A stretch of 64,000 nt of DNA, from NCBI RefSeq assembly GCF_001194135.2, contig NC_068981.1, positions 65,284,776-65,348,775 on the forward strand, in the 5' to 3' direction. The notes below the pieces were generated by a model. The model saw only the letters and a program-made list of their open reading frames with translations. It had not been told where the DNA came from and searched no databases. A program made the translations under genes and the position numbers. This document shows positions 1-13,535 of the stretch, piece after piece (positions within the stretch are counted from its first letter, which is position 1; the number at the start of each line of letters is the position of its first letter). The DNA is from Octopus bimaculoides (taxonomy: Eukaryota).

Positions 1-50
1 AACCATGTGGTCTGTAAGCAAGCTACTTACCACACAGCTGCTCCTGCGCC
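1..50 (-). mobile_element. SINE family A head (tRNA-derived), cut by window edge
   Basis: Reverse complement (GGCGCAGGAGCAGCTGTGTGGTAAGTAGCTTGCTTACAGACCACATGGTT) matches the head of the copies at 13536 and 53668. Confidence 0.85.
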
Positions 51-1006
51 TTGTAGATTGAAAAAAATTATGTATAGCCTTAATCAGTTTTTGAATCTTA
101 AATTGAGGCAATCTGCTGTGCTAGAGAAGGCCTATCCAGCTAAATAAAATCGAAGCCATAAAGACTTGTCCATTATGTCCATGCCTCTGGACACAGTCTG
201 TCCCTGACAAACCTGTCTCCCACATCTCTATTCCTAACATCTCTTCCTACCCCCACCCATATTCACCGCTCACTGTGTTCCCCTGTCTCCTACTCTCTCT
301 TGCTAATCTACCTGCACACAACATGTCCCTGTTGAATCTCTTTCCCCACCACATATCCTCCTCACATCCTCTACCTGTGCCCACCTGCTCTCTTACTACA
401 GTTTCTCTTTCCCTCCATCTTCCAATCTCATGAACTTACCCATCAACTCACCTTATCCAATCTGTTGTACACTTCACTATATATACCTTCCTGTAACTGG
501 GATGTATGCACCACATCTTCTCCATCTTATCTCTCTCTCTCTTTCCTCCTCTCTCCCTCTCTCTCTCATGTAGCCTTATATCTCTTCTATTTTTCATGTA
601 TTATGTATTTACATGCACACTTTGTTTAAATACTTAAAATACTTTCTATACTAGATCCTAGATTCAGTTTTAAAAAGAAAAGTTTAAGTATTTATAATAG
701 ATTATTTTGCACACATTCAGTCACGAAATGCTGTTTATATGCAAATTTAAAGTACGTTGTGCATGTGCATATGCATTGTATGTAGGTGTGTATATGTATG
801 TGTGTGTTGAATTTCTTCATTAAATTCTACTTTCAAGGCATTGGAGATAAAGCAAGCTTCTTCTGTGCACAGATTCCTTCAGAAGTACCAATATGAAATA
901 ATACATTCTTTTTTTTTTCCCCCTTTGTGTGTTAGTACTCAAAGGTAGTACCTGACCACTGTCTCTTCCCTTATTTGCACATACCTACTTATATTGGTTC
1001 ATATAA

Positions 1007-1180
1007 GTGTAGGCATGGCTATGTGGTTAAGAAATTCATTGCATGCCTGCAGCAAGTTCTGGGTTCAACCCCACTGCACGGCACCATGAGTGAGATTTTT
1101 CTACCATAGCCTCAGATTATCAATAACTTACGAATAGAGTATCGTAGTTGGAAAGTGTGTCAAAACCTGTTATTTGTATG
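1007..1180 (+). mobile_element. Diverged SINE family A head region
   Basis: TGGCTATGTGGTTAAG box A-like and GGGTTCAACCC box B-like motifs, colinear with 13536-13700. Confidence 0.6.
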
Positions 1181-1355
1181 TATATATCTTTTGCCAAGAT
1201 ATATCAGTGAATATAGTAAACATCTGAGAAAACCTAAAAAGCAAGTGCTCTGTAAATTAAGCACTTTGGGATATTTACTTGTACCGAGTTACAGACTCTC
1301 TCATGGCATGCCTGTATTTAATAACAAATGAAAAGATTAAGAAAATATATACAAA

Positions 1356-1389
<34 letters not shown>

Positions 1390-1787
1390 GGTGAGAATAT
1401 ATATTTTGTGTTTGTATTTATATATAATTTGAGTATATAATATGCATACTGATATATGTGGTTATGTGAGTGTGTGTATATATTAGACAAAGAGAGAAAT
1501 ATAAAAATAAGATTAATAAGTAGTTATACAAATGAGAAAAAAAAATGATAGATAACAATATGTGTTTATATGTATTTTAAACTATTAACATATGTAAATA
1601 AACAGAAATACAGAGAGATAATGAGAGCCAGATGGGAATAATCATTTATGTAACATAAAAATGCAGTCATGCTTAAAGGAAAAGAGAAAGAAGTTGAGAA
1701 AGGGAGAGATCTATCAATGGCTATAAGTGAATGGATGAAACTTCACAGTATACAGTTGTAATGTGTGTGTGTGTGTGTATATATATT

Positions 1788-1821
1788 AGCATGGAAAGCG
1801 GACGTTAAACGACGATGATGA

Positions 1822-1826
<5 letters not shown>
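1788..1826 (+). mobile_element. Extreme 3' tip of an RTE LINE (or RTE-tailed SINE) with (GAT)n tail
   Basis: AGCATGGAAAGCGGACGTTAAACGACGATGATGATGAT is near-identical to the reverse complement of the tail end of the 21471-21910 copy. Confidence 0.75.
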
Positions 1827-1866
<40 letters not shown>

Positions 1867-1989
1867 TATATGAATGGAAGATAGTGAATCTCTGAAAGTA
1901 AAGCAAAGCTTTTTTTCTTTATTCTGTATCAGCAATGACCTTGAACAAACCATGCAAGATTACATAAAGCCTGGCTTGAATGAATAATA

Positions 1990-2400
1990 CAGAAGAACTA
2001 TTTGTTGCCGGTATTAACTATTGAGTAGAGTGATAAGCCAGCTATTGTTATGACAATCACTTGAACAATCATGACAGGAATTCTCCAGTGGAAGTGTAAC
2101 AGCTGGGTGAAGGAGAATGTTAAAAGAACCGAATAGCAGCGCACTCTTTCAATCAAATATTTTAGCCTCTGGCATTTTTGTCTTATGTGTTCCTCCTTCT
2201 CATGAGGGTTGGAAAAGAGAAAGGAACAAGGGTCTCGTTCATATGAATATTTTCTTTTATGTGTTGTATCAAGAATGTGTTCAAGGGGAATTCTCTCTCT
2301 TTTTATTTCCATTTTGTTAAGGTTTTTTCCTCCACTTTTTATGTGGTTAGAGTTGATGAAGAGGAGGCAGTACTCATTGTCTCTTTAAATTTCTTCTTTG
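1990..2400 (-). mobile_element. Degraded CR1/L2-type LINE ORF2 fragment (post-RT region)
   Basis: Track ORF 1998-2312 contains HIRQKCQRLKYL...FSFTQLLHFHWRIPVM, resembling the CR1/L2 pattern HI..K..QKLG.L.R....FS..QLL.LY...IRP.M. Judged by eye. Confidence 0.4.
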
Positions 2401-3256
2401 TACTGGAATTTGGATAAATAGGTATGGTTGATGCATTTACTGTTCACATTGACTGTTCAAGGTTTAATAGAGAGAATGTGTGACTGGGAATTGTAGAAAT
2501 AGAAACATTGAAATAATACAGTTTCTTACGAAGAAGACCAACCTGATTATTTAGAAAAAAATTTAAACACTATTGCACCACTGTCACTGACATTGTAGTA
2601 AGCTTTTCAGTGAAGCACATTGTGCTATTTGTCTTAGTCACTCTGTTTGGAAATAGGTGTCACACTACTTCATACTGAGGTGGTAGTAGTTTAGCCTGAA
2701 GTCAATCTTGATCAAGCAGACTTATGATCAAAGGCAATACAGCCATGACTGTGTTTTTCTTTTTCATTTTCCTTTTTACTACATGTCTAATGTGTCCTTT
2801 ATTGTTTTATTTTTTAAGCATGTAATTTGAGTAGTATTCTGTTGGTATTTCTAAATTCCTGGACCAAATAGAATCTCACCCATTAGTTTAATGTTGAAGT
2901 AGTAGCAGTTTTAAAAACAGCATGCAACTGGAATATACTTACTTAACTTTCATTACAGAAAAATCTTAAATTCTCAAGCCAAGGCTATGCAGTATCTTCT
3001 TGCTTCTTCTTTATGCATATATAGCAAATTCTGCTCTTGAACTTTCTGACTACCCCAGTTTCAGTCAATCTGTTGCATTTGTTTCTCTGTTTATTATCAC
3101 TTGTGCTCATATTTCTGTTTGTGCTGAATTTCTTATGTCCTCTGTTTTATGAACTGCTAGCACCCTGGAATTTATTCCAGTGTGTTCGCACATTACACAA
3201 ACTGTTAATGTTTTAAAACATTAATCTTTCCAATCTTAGTTTCTCTTTCCTTGTAG

Positions 3257-3300
3257 AGCAGGCAAATCTTTCGGCAATTAGCAAAGAAAGTGGATTGCAG
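3257..3300 (+). CDS. Candidate coding exon 1 of tentative chain (SRQIFRQLAKKVDC)
   Basis: Acceptor ttctctttccttgtag, donor AG|gttaat, open frame, phase 0 to 2. No homolog recognised. Confidence 0.2.
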
Positions 3301-4817
3301 GTTAATTTCAACTGATGGGCTTGTAGCTATAAATTCAGTTAACTAGTTGTAATAGGCTTACTATATAGACTAAGAAAAGCTATATTTTGATAACATAAGA
3401 CAGTAGTTTAAGGCCTTGTTGTTTGTGACCCAATGATAAATGATGGGTAATTCCATGTTCATCCACTGCATGTCCATGGAATATTAATGAGAAAAATCCC
3501 CAAAAGACACTTATCTATGTTCCAGTTTCTGCTATTTTACTTGTAAGTAAATGAAGATGCTTATCAATTGAACTTGTGACAAGTAAGATCATTGATGTTA
3601 GCATATATGAAAGTTAAACATCAATAAACCTTTGAAAATTTTGGGCAGTATTTCAAATACCAAATGGCATCTGTAAAAGTTTGTAGAGTTCAAAGGGTTG
3701 TGGTGATGGCTGTTTTATGAATATCTTTTGGATCTACAGGAATCTGATTTTAAACTAAATCTAAAAACAAACAAAAAAAAAAATTATTGTACCTTAAATA
3801 AATCTTGTAAATGTGATATTATGTATTTACCAGGAACTATACTGATGTTATATGTCTGATGATCAGCACAAGGACGTAGTCACTTTAAGTTTTTTTCTTT
3901 TGTTGGAACTGTGTGTGAGCTGATAACTAGTTTGGGGCTGGATTGATGAGTAGTGTCAAGTTAAAATATGTAATAGAGCCCCTACTTGAGTATATCTAAA
4001 CAATCTAGAGAGCAAGGTATCAATGTTTGATACTGAGGTCCCTTGCTTTTGATCTGGTGAGTAACACTGACTTTGTGCTCTTCTCATTTCATCATATTCA
4101 GTTTCAAATGTGTAAATTATTAAGATTATCTTGTCTAAGGAACTAGAACCATTTTTTTTTTCCATTTGAGAATTGTATTTTGTTTAATCAAAGCTCCACT
4201 GGAGAATGTTTTGAGTATTTAATGTGTAATAAAAAGTAATTTTTTAAAAACTTAGAACCTAATCACTTATTTCTCATAAAACTGATGTATGAGCCTTCAG
4301 ATGTAAATGTAAATGTAAACAGCTCAGGTGGTTGCAACTTGAACAGCTCAAACTGGTTAACACTGTCAGAGTTCATTGATATGCAAACCTGTTAATGTGT
4401 TAATTTATCCTATCTACTAATTTTTCATGGCCCTCAATTATCTAATACGCTCATGCTTATCTCTGATTATTGTAACATCAAGCCAATAAGGTATGAATCA
4501 TATCCACTAGGATTGGAAGCTAACCATCAGCAGGTAATTTATGCCACTTTCAGCTTTCTAAAGTGTTACTACTGTTTACTGAGGAAAATTATATAATCTT
4601 TCAGTATCTACTTGTTACAAGGTGGATTGACCCATTGAAAGCTAAGTATCTTCATTTTGAAAGTATCACTTGATGATGAGAATTTGAAGTATTCTACTCT
4701 TAATCTCCTGCTATCCTATTGGCTTTCTATCCTACCCTAACAGCTCTGTGTTCCACCAGTTTTAGTAAGATGGATCTTTAATCTATGATGTGAATTTTAG
4801 GAACAATGACATTTTGT

Positions 4818-4861
<44 letters not shown>

Positions 4862-4967
4862 NNNNNNNNNNNNNNNNNNNNNNNNNNNNNNNNNNNNNNN
4901 NNNNNNNNNNNNNNNNNNNNNNNNNNNNNNNNNNNNNNNNNNNNNNNNNNNNNNNNNNNNNNNNNNN
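4862..4967. other. Assembly gap (others at 11738-12165, 13765-13820, 18805-19211, 23447-23733, 29001-29010, 33602-33611, 43824-43922, 62562-62620)
   Basis: N runs, most bordered on at least one side by a microsatellite or homopolymer. Confidence 1.
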
Positions 4968-5837
4968 ATATTTAAAAGAATTTTTGAAAGTCAGTTTTTT
5001 TTTTTTTTAATACATATATTTTTTGGAGAAAAAGCCTCTTGAAAATTAATGTCCTCTACTTCTAAGATATGTTTATTCACATATATGTATTGTATCAAGG
5101 ATATGTTGAAGAGATTTCATTTTCTTTATTTTCACTCATAAAGAGGAGAAATGCTGCCTATAAGTCTTTTTCTACAGTGTGTGTGTGTGAGTGTGTGTGA
5201 TTTTTCTGCTGAGGCCTCAGATCCTTCGTATTTCATTTATTAATCCTACTGTGTTGCATATGTCACATTTTACAAATAATGTGGGGGGGGGGGAGGTTTA
5301 GAGTAGCACTTAGGTAAGGTTAAGTGATAAGCAGGGTTGTGGTGCTGGAGTTGAAGTATCAGAGTGGGAAGCAGTTATTGCTTTACTGGAGTCATTGTTG
5401 ATAAAATTATATTGTTTCCAACTAAATGTAGAGCATAATATAACCTTAACCCATATATACCTCTGGTTGCATTTTCGCAATGCAAAACCTGCTTCTATTT
5501 GGACATGAACTCGCCGGGAAACATCTGACTGAGCATACAAAATGTTTAGTAGGTAGTCAACACCATAACTAACAGTTGTATACTGTCCTTCTCTTCCAGA
5601 TTGTGAAAGCTTACCATAATGTTTAATCTAAATACAGTGAAATTTTTATGGGCATATATGGGTTAAAACTTTCTGTTTTGCTGAGAGTAGTTTGAAAATA
5701 ATCATGTCAGATATAAGGGTTTTTATGAAAAAGGTTTTGGCTGAAGCAGTTCTTTTTCTAAGAACACGTTCATAAATTATACATTTGCATCTTTAATTTA
5801 ATCTCTATTCCATAAATATAACACTTCATCATCATAA

Positions 5838-6250
5838 GTGCAGATGTGACTGTGTGGTAAGAAGCTTGCTTCCCAACTATATAGCTCCAGGTTCAGTTCT
5901 ACTGCCTCGAGCTGACCAAAGCCTTGTGAGTGGAGTTGGTTGACGGAAACTGAAAGAGGCCCGTGGTGTATGTATGTGTGTGTGTGTGTGCGCGCGTGCA
6001 CACACACACACATACACCACGGGCGCACACACACACATGCATGTCTTTGTGTCTGTTTCTCCCCACCACTGCTTGACAACTGGCATTGGCATGCTTATGT
6101 CCCTGTAACATAGTGGTTCAGCAAGAGAGATTAATAGAATAGATTCCAGGCTTAAAAAGAAAAAGATGAGTACTGGGGTAGCTTCATTTGACTAAAAATT
6201 CTTCTAGTCAGTGCCCCAGCATGGCCATTGTAAAAAAAGATTAAAAAATA
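5838..6250 (+). mobile_element. SINE family A1, near full length, diverged
   Basis: Head, central (TG)n/(CA)n tract and 3' half are colinear with 13536-13930 and 53668-54037. Confidence 0.85.
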
Positions 6251-8054
6251 TAAAAAATATCTTCATCATTTACATCTCCTTTTGGGTTGGATGGTTCATC
6301 ATGGTCTGAATCATTTTTCAGTTTCTTTACTAAATGTTGTAAGAATAAAGTTGTCAATATCTTACAACAATTTTAAAATTTTATTTAATGTTATGTTTCA
6401 TATTACTTTCATTTCAATTTTATATTCAATGTTTTAATCATCAAAAGGAAGGATTATAAATTGTATCTAGTTGAGTTTATTTCTTTTTAAATGTTCAATT
6501 ATGTTGCTTTAAGTGTTCAGTCTTTTACTTTTAACTGTGATCTGCTTTAGATCTTTGAACTGGTAAACAATGATATTTATGATGTTCTTTTATAGTATTT
6601 TTATAGTTTATTTCTTATATATCTTTTTACTTTATAGCCTTTTGGTTAAAAAGCTTCTTTGTTCATTTTGAAAATTAATTGTTAGTAAATTCTTAAATAA
6701 ATAATATAAAAAACTGCAACAGCATATTTGTAGCTTTTAAACCCAAACTTTAACAGATTAGAGCACTAAAATGTGGCCTGATGATTCACTTTGGCCATGT
6801 ATGCTGTATAGGATTAATCTAATTACAAATGGAGGAGCTGGGAGTGCAGTGGTACCATAAATTGAGGAACTGGATTCAAAGATTTTGTGTTCTGATTCCA
6901 CAGCCCTGTTAGCATAAGGCTTAAATTATCATTTTATCAGGTAATGTAGGATTAGAACTAACCATTTAACATTTTTTTTTCTTCACCCTAACCAGAGTAA
7001 AAGAGGTTTAAAGGAAAAGTGGCTTGAGAGGAATAGAGCTTTAGGAACAGGAATTTAGATAGGGACAAAGCAGAAGATGGCATGTATTGATCAACTGTTG
7101 CCAGTCAGCATAAGAAAGATATAGATAAAAATAAAAAGTACAGGTGAAAATGTGAATTGTGATGAGTTTAATGGCTTATTCATGCGAAAATTATTTCATG
7201 CCTCACTTATTTACCATCCAATTTTTAAATCTCTGTTGCTATTTTATTTATTTATTTGTTTATTATTTTTTTTTTTGTTACTAAACCCTGCCTCCCTATT
7301 CCTAAAACTAGGTCAAACCTAATTCCTGGATTTAAGTAACTGCCGTCCCTCTAAAATTTCTGCAGGATCACATGCTTCGAAATACTGATACTTCTTACTT
7401 TCAGTTACAATTTTAGATATTTGATTATTAAAATACTTTTACTTTGTTGTTAACTCTTTGCTGAAATTTTTTTGTTCTTTTTTGTTTTCATTAAGTGTTG
7501 CAATAAAGTTGTTTTAGCTGCACCCCCTCCTCTGGTTAACATTAATGAACCCTCCTCTCTATCAACATATGTTAACTGCAGCATGTATCAGATACTCAAC
7601 TTTCTCTGCAATCATTGAAGCCTACACCAAAGGAATTGACCTAAATTTCATGGTTACTTAAAAATCTATAATTCTTAAATAGTCACCCTCACGCACCCAC
7701 CTACCCATTCACTCCTTTCAAAACTAACAACATCAACAACAAATATATCTTGTTAGGCTGATCAATAAATATCTGCATGATTGGTACTTAAGATTGTCAG
7801 AAAATATGGTTTCATATATACATGTGTGTGTGTATAAGTTTGTATAATTTTTAACTGAACTGTTTTGTTCAGTTTTTTTCCTTTTCGCTCTATTCTCCAC
7901 CTCCTCCTGGTAGAATTTCTCTTGCTACACATGCAATGGTGCATGTTAGTGAAGAGGTCTATTTTCTTGATATATATAATTTTCTAAACTGTGAAATAAT
8001 TCATATGTTGCCTGCTTAAAACAACCAACTTCCTCTATTTGTCTTGTAACTAAG

Positions 8055-8201
8055 TGTGGAAATTCCAGAAATATTGTACAATTATTTGTGGGATGAAGGC
8101 AGAGTGGAAGAGCCAACTAATGACTATATCAAATCTCATATTCATTTGCACTTGCGTAAAAGTCCGTTACAAAAATCTGGAACTGCCTTCTCATTAACTG
8201 A
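8055..8201 (+). CDS. Candidate coding exon (VEIPEILYNYLWDEGRVEEPTNDYIKSHIHLHLRKSPLQKSGTAFSLT), unknown protein
   Basis: Acceptor ttcctctatttgtcttgtaactaag, donor GA|gtaagc, 147 nt open in phase 2 to 2, non-repetitive, retains CpGs. Confidence 0.4.
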
Positions 8202-8509
8202 GTAAGCAATCTTGAAAATCTTAATCCGTTTAAAACAAAAAAAAAAAATGAAGAAAAATAAAGAGAAATTGCTAATCTAATCACTAGATACATGTTTAAT
8301 GAACTGTTATTGACATTGATATCAAAATTAATTGCAAAGTAGTATTTAAAATTTCTTCTGTTGGTAAGCTAGAAATCAAACATTGGACCTTAATTATACT
8401 AATAGATTAGGTTAAGTGTTTACTGTATAATATATCTGTTGGAATTCAATCTCTGCTGTAATGACTATTGATCTAAAAATCCTATATATTACAGAATCTT
8501 CAAGTGCTT

Positions 8510-8710
8510 AATAACTTCCTCCATTTGCATTTTTCTCATTTTGTCTCTGTCCCATAAGTACCTCTGCCACAACCAACAATACCAATACATTGTTTTTCTC
8601 TAACTTCTGTATAAATGTGAGAAAGTTCTGTTGGCTCCATTTTGCAATGCCATACAAAATATTTTGGAGTTTTTCTTTTTCAATCATCGTATCCGTTCTG
8701 TATATAATCA
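8510..8710 (-). mobile_element. Probable degraded LINE RT fragment (after the YADD motif)
   Basis: EKLQNILYGIAKWSQQNFLTF resembles the CR1/L2 pattern LQ.DL..I..W...N.L.FN. A minus-strand exon reading is also possible. Confidence 0.35.
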
Positions 8711-9126
8711 ATAGGTTGTTTAGCAGTTGTTGGTTTACCTAATCTAAATGTGGTTTTTATTGTTTTGGTTTTCATTCATTTTGGTTCTTCTTGTTAATCA
8801 TTAAAGATTGATTAGTCAAGAAAGGTGTATTTTTAATGAGACCAAGTGTAGGAATGGTTGAGGTTTTAACATAATCAACATTTAAAGATTAATCAGTTTG
8901 GTGAAAATTTAATACACACACACACATACACACACTCACACATAGTTAAAAGTTTCTAATCCAGAGAAGTGAACCCAGGATATACTCATCGGATAAAATG
9001 TAGTGAAATTGCTTACTTCCAATAATTCTAGGTGTTCATTACAACTTGATGAAGTTAGCCTTAATCTGGATTATAACTAAGTATTTGAAAGGTACCCATC
9101 TAGATATTGTATCCCTATCTATTCAC

Positions 9127-9157
<31 letters not shown>

Positions 9158-9805
9158 GTGTCAGAAATCTAATAGAATGGAGGTGATTTTGGTATTGTGA
9201 ACTAGATTGGTCTGCAGCGTTCTAGATTCCATGTTGTATTAACATAGAATACTTTGAGAGAGTGGCAAGTACATATATAGGAATAGCTGTTGAGACCCAA
9301 GTCACTCCTTTCTGAGGAGAGTTAGGATCACATACATTCCAACTATAACCATCTTATGTTTTGGGGCATTATGTATTTAGGACTACAATTATTCAATGTG
9401 TCCTTCCTTTTCCAAACAGTGGGGTGTAATTTGAGGAAGATTTAGTTGTTACTTTATACAGTTCAAGCAATCTTTTCATTGACATTCCCTCATTGTTGGG
9501 TATAGCTTTGTAGCTAATAGGAGAATACTGAACAGGTCCTTTGACTAGATTCTTAACTGGAAGAGAACGGTGTGGAATAAACCATATAGCATTTTTATAG
9601 TATTTGGTTTAACCTATTCTGAGTTCGGTGGCTAGTGGCTACTTCTTATCCTTTAACATAGAGTAAGTAACCGACATGTACTTATGTTGGTTCAGTTGAC
9701 TAGAACTCTCACCTCTACCAATTGGTGGTAATTTTGGCAATATTTTGAATTTCAAATTGAATGGCAAAATGCAATAATATTGGAAATATGATAATTATAA
9801 TTTCC

Positions 9806-9838
<33 letters not shown>

Positions 9839-10210
9839 GAGGTGGCAAGCTTGCAGAATCATTAACTGCCAGACAAAATGCCTAACATTTCTTCTGGATT
9901 TATATTCTGAGTTCAAATGTCACCAAGGTCAACTTTGCCTTTCATGCTTTCAAGGTCAATAAAATAAGTATCAGTTAAGTAGTGGGACTGATGTTATCAA
10001 GTGACCCCCCCCCCACCCTCAAAATTTCAGGCCTTGCACTTATAGTAGAAAGAAGTGTTAATAATAATTTGAAAAACTGATGCAGTGAGGGGTATCTCAA
10101 CAAATTCTGTATGAATAACATTTATGTTATTGACATCAGAAGGATAAAGGATAAAGTTAACCTAAGCAGAATTTGTACTCAGAACATAAGCAGAAGTAAC
10201 TAAATACCAG
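9839..10210. mobile_element. Two SINE family B copies in opposite orientation (about 9839-10055 +, 10075-10210 -)
   Basis: Shared TTCTGAGTTCAAAT...CAACTTTGCCTTTCAT core and its reverse complement. Confidence 0.7.
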
Positions 10211-10358
10211 ATTATTTTGTCTGATATATTTCAAATAATGATGATCTCATTTTAGTAATAATGACGATCTCATAGTATTTAGTACATTTTAGGGAGAGTA
10301 TGGTTGATTAAATAAAACCTATTATTGATGATGATGATTTTATATTGTATTTTGACAG

Positions 10359-10394
10359 CAAGAGCATCATTGGTTACAAGCTTCTGAAGGACCA
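10359..10394 (+). CDS. Candidate micro-exon (KSIIGYKLLKD)
   Basis: Acceptor tttatattgtattttgacag, donor CA|gtaact, phase 2 to 2. Confidence 0.2.
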
Positions 10395-10548
10395 GTAACT
10401 GGTTCATTGCTTTTGTGATCATGTGTGTGACAAGGGCTGTTTGTGTAACTTGGATTGAATAAATGTCAAAAGAGACTAGATTTGAAATTGCCTGGTTATT
10501 AGTTTTCTTGCTGTTGTATATCACTAAAAGATATACATACATGCATTA

Positions 10549-10586
<38 letters not shown>

Positions 10587-11667
10587 TTTGTGTGTGTGTG
10601 TTTCTGTGTATGTATACACACTTTTATTGATATATGACTGGCTCCCACTTGTTTCTTGTCTACCAATTTTCCTTATCTGTCTGGGTATAGAAGACACTTT
10701 CCCAAGCACCATGCAGTAAGATTGAAGCAAGAATCATGGCATTGCAAAGCAAACTTCTTTACCATACAACCATGCTTATATGCCTATGTGACTTACACTT
10801 ATTTATGAACCCTGGCAAGATGAAAGACGAAGTCAATTCCAACAGGATTCAAACTCAGAATCTAAAGGAATATCATGACTAAATACCACAACACCTTTTG
10901 TGTGGCACTCTATCTATTCTGCTATTCGCCAGCATTGATAATGTTTATAATAATGATCTCTAACATTGATACAAGGCTACACATTTTGGAACTACATCAA
11001 TCCCATCATCCATGATGAATATCAACCATGTCGATCTCACTAGTTTACTAAGAAGATCTGCAAACGTCGTAGTACTGCCTCTCCACTTCTATCTATTTTA
11101 TCAATTCTCAGAAGGATGAAAGGCAAAGTTGGTTCCAGTGGGATTAATAATAATGGTGATTATTGAAATAATAATCATAAAAAGGTGATAGAATTTCAGA
11201 ATCAGTAGTGCACTGGACTAAATACTCCACTGTATTTAGTATTGTTCATTAACGTTCAAATCCTGTCTTTCATCTTTCCCTGAGGGTCGTTAAAGTAAGC
11301 ACCAGGCGTGTACTAGCGTTAATTCAAAGTGACTGTTCTTCCTGCTCTCATACTACAAATTTGTGGCCTTGTGCCAATATAAGGAATCATGATTATATAC
11401 AATGTTTGAAGTCCTAGAAATGTCTTTCACATGTGCACATTCATATATATATATATATATATATATATTGTACACTTAGGTTCTGAGCATATCTGTCCTT
11501 CTATATATATATATCTCTCTGTGTCTATTATGCATATACATATTCACATATAGAGACAGGCATGAATTCATTGACATGAATACATATGCACCCATAGATT
11601 TATGCTCACATTTTCATGCCCAAATGCACATTTATACCAAGTTTGACCACACACACACAGACACACT

Positions 11668-11694
11668 GTCTCTCTCTCTTTCTCTCTCTCTCTT

Positions 11695-11737
<43 letters not shown>

Positions 11738-12165
11738 NNNNNNNNNNNNNNNNNNNNNNNNNNNNNNNNNNNNNNNNNNNNNNNNNNNNNNNNNNNNNNN
11801 NNNNNNNNNNNNNNNNNNNNNNNNNNNNNNNNNNNNNNNNNNNNNNNNNNNNNNNNNNNNNNNNNNNNNNNNNNNNNNNNNNNNNNNNNNNNNNNNNNNN
11901 NNNNNNNNNNNNNNNNNNNNNNNNNNNNNNNNNNNNNNNNNNNNNNNNNNNNNNNNNNNNNNNNNNNNNNNNNNNNNNNNNNNNNNNNNNNNNNNNNNNN
12001 NNNNNNNNNNNNNNNNNNNNNNNNNNNNNNNNNNNNNNNNNNNNNNNNNNNNNNNNNNNNNNNNNNNNNNNNNNNNNNNNNNNNNNNNNNNNNNNNNNNN
12101 NNNNNNNNNNNNNNNNNNNNNNNNNNNNNNNNNNNNNNNNNNNNNNNNNNNNNNNNNNNNNNNNN

Positions 12166-12233
<68 letters not shown>
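11668..12233. repeat. (CT)n microsatellite spanning assembly gap 11738-12165
   Basis: Directly visible on both sides of the N run. Confidence 0.95.
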
Positions 12234-12236
<3 letters not shown>

Positions 12237-12584
12237 ACAAAGCTGAAATGACTAAGTGATTTTAGTTATTGGGCTACCAAGTTCATTCATTGGTCTTAAG
12301 TTCAAATTTATTGCAAGCATTTTGTAGTGTATTTGGGCTATGGAGTGTGAAAAGCAGTAGAGAGGAGAATCAGAGCTTAGAAGAGAGAATGGCTGAATTG
12401 AAGGGGAGGAAGAAGGAGAGAGAAAAAGAGAGTGACTGATATTGAATAGAGTAAGGAGTTGAGTAGGGGGTAGACGGATAGTGATGTGGTGTGAGGAAGA
12501 GAAGACAGGTAAATAGAAGTGAAAAGAAGACTGAAGTAGAAAGTGAGTGAAGGGGGCTCATGTAGTGGTGAAGTAGGAGCAAAA

Positions 12585-12790
12585 TGTTGTTAGCTCTCCA
12601 CCTCCCTGGATAACCCCGGTTCAACAAATCTATGATCAAAGGCATTCCAGCCTACAAACATCTTGTCTTTTTTAAGGGTGTCTACGATTATATTTTCCAA
12701 TATGGCTGCCCTATTTTTTAAAAATGATAGGGTGTGATTTGAGAGAGATTTAGCTGCTATTTCTGTTGGCTGAAAGAGTGTGTTGAGACT
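12585..12790 (+). repeat. Interspersed repeat family E, class not determined (other copies near 2690, 9340, 17650, 24070, 30480, 47320; reversed near 62900)
   Basis: Recurrent blocks ACCTATGATCAAAGGCATTCCAGCC and GGTGTGATTTGAG.GAGATTT.GCTGCTATTTCT. Confidence 0.7.
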
Positions 12791-13535
12791 TCCACCTTAG
12801 CTTGAGTGGGGTGGTAGCATGATTATAGCATTGAAAAAAAAGAGACTGACGTGAAGAGAAAAAGAAGTGGAGCGTGGCTAAGAGAATGTGGTGTAAAGTG
12901 AGAGAGAAACAGGTAGTCTGATGTAGACCATGGGAGGAGGGGACACAGAATAATGTGGAGGGAGCATCTAAGAGGAGAGGAAAGAATGAGAGAATATGAT
13001 GTAGAGAAGGAATCTGTTATATGATGTGGAATGTGAGAGAGGAGAGGCACAAAGAATGATGGAGGGGAGAGTGGGAAGCAGGTAGAGAGTATGTGGTGTA
13101 GAGTGAGAGAAAGGAGACAAACTGAATTAAGAATGGGAGAGAAGAGAAAAAAATGTGAGTGTAGGCTGGAGGTAAGGAATGAATTATGGAACATGAAAGA
13201 GTGAATGTATGTATAAAGGGAAGAGGAAGTAAATTTATGAGAAGGCAGTGTCAGTGTATATTTTTTGTATGTCAATGTGTGTGTGTGTTGTGTATACAAA
13301 CACTTATAGTTACATGAATATATTCATATATTCATTCATTCATTGTAGACTTCAAACGAATAAACCCTGCTACATGTATTGAGTGCTCTTTTCCCCATTT
13401 GTATACCCAAACATCTGTGTGTATATCTATCTATCTATCCTGCCGGCCATCAACTCACCCACACTCATATACACATATATGTGTACATATATATACATAA
13501 CTCCCTCCACTCTGAGATATTTATATGCACATATA

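Noticed and set aside
3855-4040. Two TGATGA...CTGA pairs resembling C/D box snoRNAs, and a small hairpin near 4005-4060
   Set aside because: C boxes lack the purine at position 1, terminal stems are weak, and I recognise no rRNA/snRNA-complementary guide. These motifs are frequent by chance in AT-rich DNA.
4790-5042. Track ORFs rich in CV, HT, SL, ER or YI dipeptides or X runs (also near 11576, 18678, 21008, 23257, 40403, 41541, 63615)
   Set aside because: Translations of dinucleotide microsatellites and N gaps.
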